Source of the DNA: Eledone cirrhosa
Lineage: Eukaryota
DNA length: 64,000 nucleotides
Assembly: GCA_964016885.1 (NCBI GenBank)
Contig: OZ024742.1
Coordinates: forward strand, 38,006,001-38,070,000
Reading direction: 5' to 3'
Below, piece by piece: positions 49,566-62,689 of this stretch (positions are counted from its first letter, which is position 1; each line of letters starts with the position of its first letter). The notes beneath the pieces were generated by a model. That model was given only the letters and a program-made list of their open reading frames with translations. It made no database searches and was not told the origin of the DNA. Position numbers and translations under genes: made by a program.

Positions 49566-51360
49566 TTTTCATATATATATATATATATATATAAAATGAA
49601 GTGTTCAATGCTTGATTAGGTACAGAGTTAGTATAGAAATTAGTAACTCAACAGAGAACCCTCCATTTGGATTTTACTAATTCATATATCTATAAAGAGA
49701 GAGGGAGAGGGAGACATAGAATGTCTAATATATATTTTGTAATATAGGAACTTATGACTGAAATGTGAATACTTATAGCATTTGTACAAGTAACATTTCC
49801 GTTTTGCCCTTTCTTTTATTGAACAGAATATACATATAAAAAAATGTATATTACATTTGTCAATTTTTTCTTTCCTTTTTCTCAAATCACTGCTTGAATT
49901 TTAATGATGTTACAAACCCTTTTAACTAAATGCTTTATTTAGGAGGATAATAGAAATATATGTACACTGATGGTCTGAGAGTGATTCTGGGCATCAACAA
50001 GAGCAGTAGTCTGAGCAATCCATGTGAATGACTTTTAGATCAAAGATTATGGATAATTTTCAAAAGTCCTTCGTTTTGCAGTGCTATGGAGAAGCTTTGC
50101 CTATTCAGAATAATCTTGAGAACCATGGAAGTGTTGCAGTCACAAGCAACCAAATCTGTGTGAAATGCCCTCAAGGTTACAAATCTATTTAGCATACATT
50201 CATTCATTCATTATCTGTGGGTTTATGTTGAACATCTGTTATCACATGCAGTACAGATCTGGCTATCAGCTGAGTTTCTTATAAAGACTGACTCGGTGCT
50301 ATCCTTTGGCGATGAAGGGCAAGTAATCTTCCTCTGTCTGGTGGCTATGGCAAAAGAAGTTGAGATGTAGTTGAAATGTTTGAAGGCAGAGCTTTTCCTT
50401 TCATACCAAACACTTGACTTCCTCAAGTGCAACCTGAAGAGAAAGTTGAAGGAGGGGGAGGTGCTGTACTCTATAGTAAAGTGGATGAGTGTGGTAAATT
50501 TGGCATGATTAAATGTGCTTATTTTAACTATGTGGTTGACAATAAGAATATTGACTTTTACATATTAACCTGTGCACTAAGCAGCTGAAGACGTCATTAT
50601 CATCATTTTTACATTGACTTTTCCATGCTGGCATGGGTTGGGCAGGACTTTTTGAGGTAATCTTGTACAGCCAGATGCACTTCCTGGCACCAACCCTTTT
50701 AGTTGCTTTTTACAAATACACAGGGATATGATGTACCTATTCAAAATCAGATACCCATACTATACAATTTGTATCCATACCAAAACATGTACAACATCTA
50801 ACCAAAGCTGCAATTTTGCCTCCAGGAAGGTTAAATTTACATTTTAACAGAATTAACCTCATTTCATGAATGGGAGGTGAAAAGCAGTTGTAGAGAAACA
50901 GCAATTCTTAATCTATGCAATTATAACACATCAATATGAAACATTTGTTTCAGTGTGATACAAAGTCTATTCCTTGAATATGCTTAGAAAAGAACATCTG
51001 CAATAAAACAGAAGATAGGAGGAGGATTTTATATAAAGAACAGGAAATTACCAAATTGTTGAGTGAACATTTGCCTGCACATTTTATACAAACAATGTGA
51101 GTTTGTGTGCGTGAACATATATATTAAAAGTGTGTGCGTGCGTGTTGGAAAGGAAAAATAAACAAAATATGTAGATAGATAGTATACAAGTAAAAAAACT
51201 CCTCAAAATGTCTTTCATCATCTAAGATTATGTGTTTAAATAATTTGAAGGGAGGGACATGTTTGGAGAAAAAAAAGAAAGACAACAAAGTTTTAAAGAG
51301 AGAAAGAGAAAAATAGATTTAGTGGAGAGGAGGTAAGAAAAACAACAAAGATAAAGTGTG

Positions 51361-51461
<101 letters not shown>

Positions 51462-52206
51462 TCTTCTTATTTTCTAAGGCTGCTAATTTCTTTAGATGAT
51501 GCAACTTTCCAAAATACTTCATGCAACAATAACAATAATAATAATAATCATTTTGTCTTTTAAGTGGAAGTTAGTCAGTTAGATGTTCTTTGAAATAAAC
51601 ACTACAGAATTACATAATCTCTAATTCTTTCTTTTATCATGCTTTACCCAGACTATGGAAAATTGCTTAATTTTAACATTCAAATTCTGCTAAAAGTCGC
51701 TTATCAAGATTATAGTGACTTCATAAGCTAACACTAATTATATATTAAAATGTAAACATGCTCTACATGAAACACATTGTCTGTTACATATTTTACTCTA
51801 ACTATAAACTTCCTGTTTTTATTGGGTTTTTTTTATTGCCTCACTTCCTTTCAACTTTTACTCTCCCTCTCTCTCACTCTTTATTTTTCTCCCTCAATTT
51901 GGACTTCCTAGATTTATTATTTAAATAATTTTTGTGGTTTCTTTTTTCTCCTTCTCCTTAAATATTTTTTCCTACTTTTTAACCTAAATATTTCAGAGCA
52001 CCTACCCCCTTGTTGTCTGGTGGGCAATAGAGAATCTGAATTTTGAAGAATGATTCATGCAAGCTTTTCAGGCCATATCAGTAGGTACTAAAAGTAACTT
52101 CAAAATAAAGTACCAGTTCAAGGTATTAAATTGGCAGAATTGTTAGTGCCGGACACAATGCCTTACAGTATTTAAATCCCACTGTAGCTTACATAAGTGG
52201 TAGGCT

Positions 52207-52434
52207 TAACCCTTAAGCATTTAAACCGGCCATATCCAACTAGAATTCTCTCACCTCTTTCTGTTCAAACCAACTGTAACCGGCCACACATACTGACGTT
52301 AAGGTATTGTTCTCAAAATGAATAATATCAAAATCTCATAGATTCAATATTATGTGAGATAATTATGTGTGGTAAAGCCTTTACTATGAAAATACAATAG
52401 TAAATATAGAAGAATGTAAATGCTAAAGGGTTAA
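52207..52434. mobile_element. piggyBac-like MITE family B
   Basis: ttaacccttaagcattta ... taaatgctaaagggttaa TIRs with TTAA; interior matches 13480-13705. Confidence 0.85.
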
Positions 52435-53041
52435 TTAGTTGTGCGGTTTAACACCACTATGCTGCCCTTGGGTTCCTTTAGCAGAGTCCACAGCGTTGAA
52501 AGCATTTTGACTAGGTCTTCAATTTGAAGATACTTTCCTTCCTTGCAGAGTTCTCAAAGGCCCTGAAAAATATCATTGACATTGCCCTTCCAGTAACAAA
52601 GCACATTTAACCCAAAACTGCTTCTGGTTATATGAAACAAAACCATCTCTTTTAAAGGGTTTATTGTACAAATTAAAATCTTCCAACATAATTTCATATT
52701 GAAACCATATTTTAAGTTAGCATTTTAATAAGGAAATAATTTTAGTAACACCTCATCCAAAGTTGTTCATTAACTAATTCAATTATTATTATTCATTAGA
52801 AATACGGTAATGTAAGGATTATATATAAAAATTAGCTCATGGAAAGCAGGATAATGTGTCCATCAGCAAGAATATAAAACAAATTACTGGAGTTCAAATT
52901 GTATCAGAAGCATTAGGTAATACAAGTTTCATGAGTACATGCCTATTCACAAATAAACACACAGCAAATAAAAGAAAAATATCAAGAAAAACATTAAGCT
53001 AATGATATCAGAATATTTTTTAAATTAATGAATTATCTCAC

Positions 53042-53241
53042 CTTACTCTCATCTTCAAGCCACTCTCTTAGAAATTTTAATGCACTAGATGAAGCATGCT
53101 CCAGTATTTGCTGCTTATTTTCACATTGCTCTAAAGTTCCTTTTAAATCTTCCAATAAGAATATAGCTCTTGCATTTTGTAAACGGCCCTTCACTGTAGG
53201 TCTTGAAGCTAAATTGCTGTTACGGTATTCGCGCTTTGTAC
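53042..53241 (-). CDS. Internal coding exon of an unidentified host gene ([G]TKREYRNSNLASRPTVKGRLQNARAIFLLEDLKGTLEQCENKQQILEHASSSALKFLREWLEDESK)
   Basis: Minus strand shows acceptor tactttcAG| and strong donor AAG|GTGAGA. 200 nt, open frame, phase 1 in and phase 0 out. Non-repetitive, helical-looking peptide set between MITE copies. Confidence 0.75.
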
Positions 53242-53303
53242 CTGAAAGTAGTTTTAGAAAGGATATGCTCAAAATTTAAAAAAGTAATTATATATTATAA
53301 ATG

Positions 53304-53530
53304 CTTAACTCTTTCAATACCAACTCATCTGAGACTGCCCGTGATTCCATGATATAAAATCTCTCATTTTACATTGTTTATATTCAAATTCAAATCTTCC
53401 TTTATAATTTTATGTCAGACCTTTTTGTTCAGTTATATTCCAATGAGACAGTTATATTACTGAATCCATCTAAATTCTTGGTTATTTGAAACAATGTTTT
53501 TCATTAGAAATATGGTAACGAAAGGTTAAA
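53304..53530. mobile_element. piggyBac-like MITE family A (about 230-240 bp; exemplar)
   Basis: Termini ttaac(c/t)cttt...tacc and ggta..aaa(g)ggttaa, i.e. TTAA target plus CCCTT ends. About 20 copies: 7060, 15945, 18574, 19297, 20270, 23150, 24270, 26716, 27097, 28330, 30132, 33465, 38060, 38980, 39451, 46450, 52607, 55250, 57420. Confidence 0.78.
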
Positions 53531-53602
53531 GGGTTACAAACTTCAGTGGTTCAAAATCAGTTAATGTTAATGAATGAAGGACAACTCTGCCATATCTCTA
53601 GA

Positions 53603-53816
53603 CTAGTAGTTCCCACAATTTCCAGTACTTTGTTAAAAACATAATATACACATGCTTTTAGCTATCCATTCTTATCTAAATATACACTTTTTTTTTTTTT
53701 CGATTGTTATTGTCATATAACAATCTGGGAGAAAAGTAATTATTGTAGTGGGGATCCATGGGGAAATTTATTTAAGTAAGAGGGATCCTTGGTTGTAAAA
53801 AGGTCCGAAACCACTG
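53603..53816. mobile_element. Possible decayed hAT-type MITE
   Basis: tagtagttccca ... gaaaccactg resemble CAGTGGTT termini; internal gggatcc repeats; TSD not clear. Confidence 0.35.
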
Positions 53817-53982
53817 TTCGAAACAGAAAATTAAATCTAGTTTTCAGGTGCCTATTTTACAACAGGATAGCTTCTTGCCATGACAATTAAGAATTCTGCC
53901 CAAAGACAAAACCCCACACCTGGAGCCAGGGGCCTTGTTTGCCTTTAAAATCTGAGGGGAACAAACCAACATTTGTTGATTC

Positions 53983-54210
53983 TTAACCCTTTAGCATTCA
54001 CATTATTCTATATATACTATTATATTTTCATGGTAAAGGCTTTACCTCGCATAATTATCTCACATAATATCGAATCTATGAGATTTTGAAAGTATTTATT
54101 TTGAGAACAATACCTTAACATCAGTTTGAGCGACCAGTTACAGCCAGTTTCAACAGAAAAAGGTAGAGAATTCTAGCCAGTGTTGGCCAGTTTGAACATT
54201 AAAGGGTTAA
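53983..54210. mobile_element. piggyBac-like MITE family B, opposite orientation
   Basis: ttaaccctttagcatt ... attaaagggttaa; reverse complement of 52207-52434. Confidence 0.85.
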
Positions 54211-55649
54211 AGGAGCATAAATTGCTTATGGTGCCTTTCCCGGACCCTATCACATAAATAAAATTTCACGCTAATCAAATATATTCAAATGAAGTTCAGA
54301 TATTAAAAAAATAAGCTTAAAAGGAATTTATTATATCAAATAAACAAAATTTTAAATTTTTAGCAAATGGATGTAAATATCGAACAAAATTCAATACCTA
54401 TTGCAACTTAGGGGATATATGTTCATATAAATATATGCACATAAATAAACATGTAAAAATATGTATTATACATAAATAAATATGTAAAAATATGTATTAT
54501 ACATATGTATGACTTGTTAGAGGGATTTTCTTTGTTTTCTTTGTTTTGGGGGAAAAAGTAGGGGGGGTGGCAAAAGATGGTTTGTCCACCGTTCCTGGAA
54601 CAAGGCCCTTGCATGGAGCAAACATTTTGCATTTCACCAGTAAGTCTTTACATTGAGCCACATTGTACATGTTTGCTGAGACCTGCAAGGTTAACAATCA
54701 TTCGAACAGGGAAAATAGCCTTAAAAGACTCATTGTGGTAGTGTTGTTTATGTATTTTAAATTAAGAATGATATAACATCATCAATAGATGTTAAATAGG
54801 GATGATGATATATCATACTTATTTTTAAATATTTACAAGTTAATTGTCTTACAAATTATATAAATATTATTAATATTTTATCTATAATATATTTCATTCC
54901 ATACTTTGTCAGTCAATTGTTGTATGAATTATATAGTTAAAGCATTACATACACACTGTAATAGAATATTACAACATATAATGAAAGGAATTTTATCAAA
55001 ATAATTTTAATGAATTTTTTTTCTTTTCAATTTTGTCAGTTAATAAAAAGCAAGTTCATATATTATATGTTGTCTTTTCATTATATATGCAACATATGAT
55101 AGTTGTCAGTAGAATATTCAATATCAAGGGAAGATAAAAGAGGCTACTAAGTTCATAGCCAGTATATCTCTTAAAACATCTGTTAAGTGTTAACTAGTGC
55201 AATGAAGATTATGAAAACATCCAACTGAGTCAATGATAATGTCTTCAGAACCATATTTTAAAATAATTGACACAGTCTATGATTTTTAAGTAATTTTGAG
55301 AAATAATCTAGTAATATAATTTTCTTATTAGGTTGGTGTTTAGGAGCATAACTTAAAAAAGGCTCTAACATAAAACTATGATGGGAGGTTTTTAGTAAAA
55401 TATAAACACTTTAGAATAAGCAGTTTTGTATTGAGATGGTTTCAGTCAGCTTGATATCAGAAGGGTTGTTTAATTTTTATCCCCTCGTATAACAAAATTA
55501 GAAACTGTATTTAACTATTTCATTATTATTTTCTGATGAGTTAGAGATACTGCCCATATTTTCCAATTTATTTTGAAAACATACTTTGGAGAGATTAAGT
55601 AAAATAACTTTGTTCTTAGTTGTTTTTGTGTTTAGAACATAAGAAAATA

Positions 55650-56236
55650 TTCTGACTCAAAATGCATTTGGGAAAATTTGAAATGTAATCGTCCCATTGC
55701 AGAAATAATGGTTGATTGTTACAAATAATAGTGGAGAAAATTCGACAGAGGTATAAGGAATCAATCCGCGCATTTCTTAGATCCTAGTTGAATGCTTTAA
55801 CCACTATTCTAAATAGCTGGCCACTAATTCTGCCTTTTTAGAAGATTTTGAGCCAGTAACTCTGTCTACTTTTTCCATTTTCAAGGGTATTTAACCTGAT
55901 TTTCTCAACTATTATTTAGTGATCAACTATTATTTTGGCCATTTTGGAATGACTACATTTCAAATTTCCCCAATAACTTTTTTACACTTCTAGCTACAGG
56001 TTTAAAATCTTCTAAAAAGACAGAATCAGTAGCCAGTGGTTCCTCAGTGAAGTGGTTAATGCACTCAGTATCAAAGAGATGCATGACTTAATTCCTTGTA
56101 GGCTCCTGTGACCACTTTTTCTGTTTCCACAGTTATTTTACTCAATTTTCTCAACAATTTTCAGTGATCAACTTTTATTAAGGTCATTTCTGCAGTGGAG
56201 CAGCTACATTTGAAATTTCCTCATGATTCTCAAGTC
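55650..56236. repeat. Older compound foldback element (A-B-A'-B'-A') with tRNA-like module B
   Basis: A 55668-55741 is inverted at 55898-55973 and 56144-56222. B 55745-55860 is inverted at 55991-56109 and contains agtggttaa.gca.tca...ttcctt. Confidence 0.75.
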
Positions 56237-56738
56237 AATGGTTTTATATATACATGTGTGTGTATTCTTTATTATAACTAAACTGTGAGTCTTGTTACAA
56301 TGGAGTTTCACCTGTGCACTCACACTGTGTATGCGTGCATATATTACTCTATTACTCTATTATCTGTTCCAGCCGAGAGTCTCTCGGAGTTAATATAACT
56401 AATTTGTTCAATTATTTTATAGTTAAACCTGTGTTATAGCAACTTACTATAAGCTAACATATTTTCAAAATTCAAATTTGTTTTATAAAGTTCACTGCTT
56501 CATAAAACAAATTTGTATGTGTGTATGTGTGCGTGTGCATGTATGTGTGTGTGTGCATGTATGTGTGCGTGTGCACACACATACATACATATATATACAT
56601 ATATATATATAAAGAAGATACGTAGCCAATCTCTCAAACTTTAAGCACTGAAAATATAAAGTTAATATATAGAATGATGTGCTCATGTGCGGAGATGCTA
56701 TAAAATAGGCTGAAGATGGTTAAAAAACAGGGAAAAAA

Positions 56739-56971
56739 GTTGCCATCAGTCGCTATAAAGAATTGAATCCCATATCTCCCAGACACTGGCTAGGCGCTTT
56801 TAACCATTAAGCTAAGGGGCTGTGACAACTCTTTACCATCTTAAAGCTGTGATTCAGCTATCTATTTAAGACAGTAAAGAGTTGTGACGGTCCTTTAGTT
56901 TAATGGTTAAAAGCCCCTAGCCAGTATCTGGGAGATATGAGGTTCAATTCCTCATAGCAGCCGATGGCAAC
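56739..56971. repeat. Foldback element made of two divergent tRNA-derived arms (107 bp each)
   Basis: 56739-56845 is the reverse complement of 56865-56971 with about 16 mismatches, mostly transitions. Confidence 0.93.
56889..56962 (+). pseudogene. tRNA-Thr(AGT)-derived pseudo-tRNA (mirror copy on minus at about 56748-56821)
   Basis: A box TAGTTTAATGG; anticodon arm CCTAG-CCAGTAT-CTGGG; T arm ATGAGG-TTCAATT-CCTCAT. Acceptor stem imperfect and C in place of U33. Confidence 0.65.
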
Positions 56972-58147
56972 CTCTGATGCCTTTAGACAAAATAAGTGAG
57001 TTATTTTATTAGTTATATTATGCCAATGATTTTATTATTTGTCTCTATCTGAAACTATTAATAACAGGCTGTAATATATATAATGAAATTATATAGTTTT
57101 GCATTTAATTGAAAATTAATTTTGAAAAACATGCTTTTGAGATTAAAAAATGAAAGCATAAGTGCAAAAACGAATTGTCAGACAAATTGTTAGAAGAAGC
57201 ATATTAGTTAAAAACAGGTTAGTATAAAAAAAAAAAAAGTGTGCATGTAGTATTTTATTAAAGATAATATTTTTTTGGCTTCTCACCTTCAAATGCCAAA
57301 AAAAAAAGGAGAAAAAAAAAAACTTTACCACTTCACATTATTGTATTGCAATATAAAGAGATTATAAAGGAGATTAAATGAAAAACAATTTCCTTTGAAG
57401 AAACAGCCTGAAAATATTTTTAACCCTTTAAACACCAACCTGCCCAAATATGTTCATATTCATATCCAAAACTTGGACTGAAAACTCATTACTACATAAG
57501 AGATAATATTAGATTTCAGTAGTTAAATATTTGTCTTTTATTAAGTTGAAAGTTATTTCATTAAACCTCTCATTATTCTTGTTAGAAATTTAGTCACAAA
57601 AGGGTTCATAAAATGAAATTGAAATAATTTAGATCCTGAATTGCTTATATTTAAAAGTTGTCATTTAAAGGGTTAACAAAGGAGCCTTTAGGTGGTTCTA
57701 GATATATAATACCCCCAAAAATGATGATATTGTCATGGGTGTGGGTGGAACATCATTGATCAAAGGATTGCTGGAACAGGACTAAATTGGTGCTAAATAA
57801 CAACAAAGCTACTTATTAACATGTTATCATCACAATGGACACAAGCATGGTTGAGTAGTTATGAAGTTCATTTCACAATTATGAGCTCTCACGTTGGATA
57901 ACACTGCATGACATTTTGTGCAAATGCCTTTACCATAACCTTGTGAGTGAAACTAAAAAGATAGAAATTGTGTGGGTCCAGCCTTATCACATATTGTGTC
58001 ATACTGGTTCGACTTAAGAATGACATCAAGTCACTCATTTCTGTGGAGTACTCAACAACTTACATGTTAATTCACTAGTCAGACATGCAGTTAATCAAAG
58101 AACTGAATGTTGGTAACCAACAAAAGATCCATCATCATTATTATTAG

Positions 58148-58322
58148 TATCGGTAGAGGGTCGGATGCCATGCTTTGACGCATAGAGTTACGGCCCTTGC
58201 CATTCTGAGTTCAAATCCCGCTGAGGTTAACTTTGCCTTTCATCCTTATGGGGTCGATAAAATAAAGTACCAGTAATACACTGGATAATTGCTTGCCTTG
58301 TGCCAAAAGTAGAAACAATTAT
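58148..58322 (+). mobile_element. tRNA-derived SINE with Deu/Nin-like central domain (family exemplar)
   Basis: gagttcaaatcc B box, ctttgcctttcatccttatggggtcgataaaataaagtaccag core, (ATT)n tail. Other copies at about 1-80, 810-945, 955-1170, 6056-6245, 12600-12870, 18662-18845, 29010-29145, 33803-33899, 44990-45410, 63040-63190. Confidence 0.85.
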
Positions 58323-59859
58323 TATTATTATAATTATCGTCCATTTAAAACTGTTCCCATTACATTTATATCAATTAATATGTCATAATATAAATAAATT
58401 TATTGATGTTATGATGAGAAACTGCAAAAGTAGTGCTTGTATGTGCTAAGACTATTCATATTTCAAATGAGTGTGATGAACCAACAGTGACTGAGTAAGC
58501 AAATAGGGGGGTGGGAATGTGTGCTGCTCCTAAAGGAAATTGATTTAATGCCTTACCACAAGGTTTTTGTTTTTCAGGAGGAATCTGAGAGTACACTGGA
58601 AAGGAATTTGAAAAATTCTATGTAATTTTTAAGGTTTTATATTCAACATATATCATCATCACCATTTAATGTGTATTTTTTATGCTTGCGTAGGTTAAAC
58701 AAGTTGTCATGTTATGAGGCTAACCAAATCAGGTGACTACATCTTGGTCATACAGGTCTGTTTTAGGTTTGATTTTCTATGGATGGATGCCCTTCCTAAC
58801 ACAAACCACATTACAGCATGTACAAGGAGCTTTTTGTGGCACCACCACTTCCATTTTACAGGGTGGGTTGGGTGCTTTTCTTTGTGGAATCAAGACAACA
58901 CTTAACAGGGTGTACTGGATGCTTTTTTGTTGTACCAGTACAACCACCTTAAAGGACTAGGTGCTTTTTGCTGCACTCTATAATGCTTATTCTGGAAAAA
59001 ATAAATAAATATATGCTATTTTTCTTTTGTTTAGATTGAAAATTCAAATATGATTCTGCAAATTGTTTCAATTTTTTTTAATTTCTTTTTAAATGAAAAT
59101 AGCATTTAATGAAATTTCTTGTTTCCCTTATAGCAATAAAAAAAAAAATAGTGTGCCACAAACATAGCTTACTCTTATGTATCATCAGCATTGCACAAAA
59201 TGTCAATATCAACAGAAAAAAGCAAAAATTATGCAAGAAGTTAAAAAAAACTACTTTGTTTTAGGCATAAACGAAAAATATATATTTTTTTATATGCATA
59301 TACAAATGTGTTTATACATGCATACTTTCTCACAATTAATGCATTTAAGATGAGAAAAAATGCAATGTAATAACTACTAGTAAACATTCCAACTAATGAA
59401 AACTTCGGAGATTTTAGATATCATGATTAAGAAATTTCCAATCTCAAGAAATTTCTTTTTAAATACATGTATTACATAAGAAATGGGAGACAGTCAATAA
59501 AAAATAGAGATACAGGATAATAAATATCATTAGCTACTAAATGTACTTTAAGTAATTTAGAGAATGAAAATCATTAAAGAAAAGCAAATGATCTATTTTC
59601 AGAACTGTTGAACAGGTATAAATTATATTGAATTTAACTTAAAGTTTGATGGGAAAATGGACAGCATCCCACAGGTGACACTGTCAACGTTTTTCCATCT
59701 CCAAACTATCCTTTATAGTCAAAAAATGTGTGTTGAAGCTTCTGACGTTAAGTTAAATTCAATAAAATGTCAAAATATTAAATTACAAATACATTTTTAT
59801 GATATGGTAATTTAACAGTAAGGAAATAACCAAAACATTTTAAAATAAAATCATTTTTA

Positions 59860-60660
59860 CATTAAAACAATTTAGCAGGAATGGCAGAAGTACTCAAGTT
59901 CCACATGAAAAGAGTTTGTGCTCAATATACAAAAAAATGTGTGTATAGGAATTCCAGAGAATGTATCCCAATATAGTTTATTGGTGCCCAGCTGCAGTGG
60001 AATCACATATAATTGACAGAGAAGACAGTTTTTGTATGTATCAGATACACAAGAGCAGTTGGCAGCAAGAAAACCTATGAAATAAACGTTTTCAAATGCT
60101 TGGAAAGCTCCCTAGAAGTAGTTGATAGCTTCTTTTAACCTAAGTGACCTAATTAGCAGTGGAAGAGGATGTTCTGAAAACAAAGTAATCAGAGTAAGAG
60201 CAGGATGGAAAAAGTTAAGGGAACTATTACCTCAGCTGGCAACAAAATGATTCCCTCTCTGAGTAAAGGGAGGAATTGCATGACACTTGTGCATGAAATG
60301 TGATGTTGCATAGTAGCAAAACATTGGCCTTGAATATGGAGCGTGTACAAAAGCTAGGAAATAAATATGGTGAGCATGCTTTGCTGGTAGTATAATGTTA
60401 ATGTGCATAAATGATGGTGCACAAAGGATCTGAGAGAAATTGGGTATTAGAGAAGTCAGTTGTAGTGTGCAAGAGAGAAGGCCTTGCTACCATGGATATG
60501 TGATGTATAAAGTACCAAAGCCCCAAGAGGAAGGAACCCGTGTAAGAAGTTGACCAATAAAAACATGGGAGGAAGTGATTAAAGGGGTCATCAAGAGGCT
60601 AAAACTTACAAAGGAGATTACAAACGACAGCAACAAGTGATGCAATCATGTGCTGAAAAT
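59860..60660 (+). mobile_element. Old RTE LINE relic related to the 35.1-37.6 kb family
   Basis: Segments parallel the intact copy (ctagaagtagttgatagcttc; ggatggaaaaagttaagggaactattacc; gtgcaagagagaag); many stops. Confidence 0.8.
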
Positions 60661-61599
60661 ACCAGAGCTAGAATGCAGCAAATTGGAAGAGTCATTAGGG
60701 AATTAGATTTTTAAAAAATGCCTTCGTATTTGTTCTGGTTCACTGCACAATGGGCTCCATCAGGTTTTAATTGCTTCTACAGCTCCATCAGAAGTTAAGG
60801 GCTCTTCCTTCCTTCATCAGGTTTGATAACGAAAAAGTATTCATACTATCAAATAAAATGAACATTAAGTTTTAAGCCATTAGTGTATTAACAGTAGAAA
60901 TCTCTAACCATTGTTGCCTATAGTAATAGATCTGTTTCATATGACTTCATTTATAGATCTATTTATAGATTTTATTTTCTCCAGAGTCCTAACATTTTAA
61001 AGATTTTGGCTCGGTTCTATATACAGAAATATACAAATTGACAGAGATGCCTCAGCCTGGTAAAAACAGATAAGAGGATTTTATCTCTTATACTTTTAAC
61101 AATGAAATAGCACACAAAAACTCATCATCATCCCTGTTTAACATCTATTTTCCATGCTTGCATAGGTTAGACAGACTGTCACATTATGAGGCTAAACAGA
61201 TCACATGATCACATCTTGCTCATATGATCTGTTTGGGGCTTTTGAGGCTGGATGCTCTTTCTAATACCAACCACATTACATTATGGATTGGGAATTTTTT
61301 TTCATGGCACCAACACTACCACTGTGATAAATAATAGCAGAATAGACACATCAGCACAACAAGTATTTTAATGCTATTTTCCCCGCTAAAGCAGGTGTTA
61401 TCTTTGTGCAGCCCAAAGATAGGCTTCATGTTCATTAATGGAATCCTTTTGAAGTTATGTTTTTCAGCTTGATGCCCTTCCTGGCACCAACCTTTTTAGT
61501 CACCTCTTTTGATATACAAAGATATGGTGCATTTATTCTAAACCAGATGCTCAGAGTAGCAGAATAGGTAATGGAGATAAAATATTAGAAAATATTGTT

Positions 61600-61665
61600 A
61601 TAATAATAATAATAATAATGAAAATTATTACATACAGTGCTCAGGTGCACTACAACTCATCAAAC
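61600..61665 (-). mobile_element. Minimal CR1 3' end (terminal stem-loop + tail)
   Basis: cagtgctcaggtgcactacaactcatcaaa preceded by (TAA)n. Confidence 0.8.
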
Positions 61666-62174
61666 TCGTCACTATAACCTTCATTCTTTACTGCTATCTA
61701 CCTTTTCATCAAATTTAAGACTACTTTTCTTTGCTATCATGATTTAGGGCCAAGTCAGCAATGTACAGTTCAAATTAGACAAGTCCTCTTCTGCAACTTA
61801 TTATTATAACAAAATTTCATCCAATGAGCTAATTAAATTTTACTTCTAATTTGTTCATGCTTACAAGTTGGTTAATTCAACATATTTCGGACTTTCACAA
61901 CTGTTTTGTCACTAAGATAGTTTTCATGATGTCTGGTGTCAAGCCATGAAATGGGGGTGGAAACAATTTTAGAGCTAGTTTGCCTGAAGCAAATGACTTA
62001 ATGTACCTTTCTTAAAGGTCCACTTTTATATCCATGACATATATAGAACATATCTGAGTGAGATGTAGTTTTACAATCCATCTACAAGGACAGTAGCTTC
62101 AATTAAGTATTGACTTGATATGGAGCAATCCATCCAACCCATGCCAGTATGTAAAAACGGATGTCAAATGATAA

Positions 62175-62206
<32 letters not shown>

Positions 62207-62689
62207 CTTAGTCTAAACTTGATATATTATGGTCAATAGGTCAGTCAGTACATTAATTATTTGGTTTTTGTGCATGTAATGAATAAGTTGCAATGGCTGA
62301 ATGGATAAGGAATGAAACAGCTGAAGAGTTGTGAGTTTGTATCACATCATAGGCACAATGCCATATATTAGGCAAATCAAGAGTCTCTGCAGCTCCACTT
62401 ATCGGTCTTTAAAAGAAACAAAATAACTTAGTGATGGAGCCACAAACTAACTATATATCAATATATAATTTGGTGATTTACTGCAATCACTATGACTAAT
62501 AGTTATTTCTCATACTGGGTCAAAGCCATGTAAATTTGTATGAAAAGAATATACTCAAAATCACAGATGACTGGATGATGAAAATGATTGCAGATCATGA
62601 AAGGAAGAAGAGGTAAAATTCAATCACAAAGGAAAGTAGGAAGTTAATGGAAAAATTGGGAATACATTTTGAAAATGATGGCGATTCTG

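Noticed and set aside
50223-50433. Minus-strand exon candidate with good acceptor (ctttctcttcAG)
   Set aside because: The phase-0 frame gives only VALEEVKCL before GTATGA, and the longer frame is phase-incompatible with exon 53042. It could be a decayed element; not enough support.
56710-56737. Hammerhead-like CTGAAGA...GAAA just left of the tRNA foldback
   Set aside because: Stem II is weak and no stem III or NUH site can be drawn; it may be a decayed motif but is unsupported.
56889-56962. Functional tRNA-Thr gene
   Set aside because: Broken acceptor stem, C in place of U33, no oligo-T terminator directly downstream, and embedded in a palindrome.
58578-58621. Plus-strand mini-exon candidates (also 52549-52610, 60783-60820, 12356-12455)
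   Set aside because: Short, no coherent phase chain or recognisable protein; expected by chance in AT-rich DNA.
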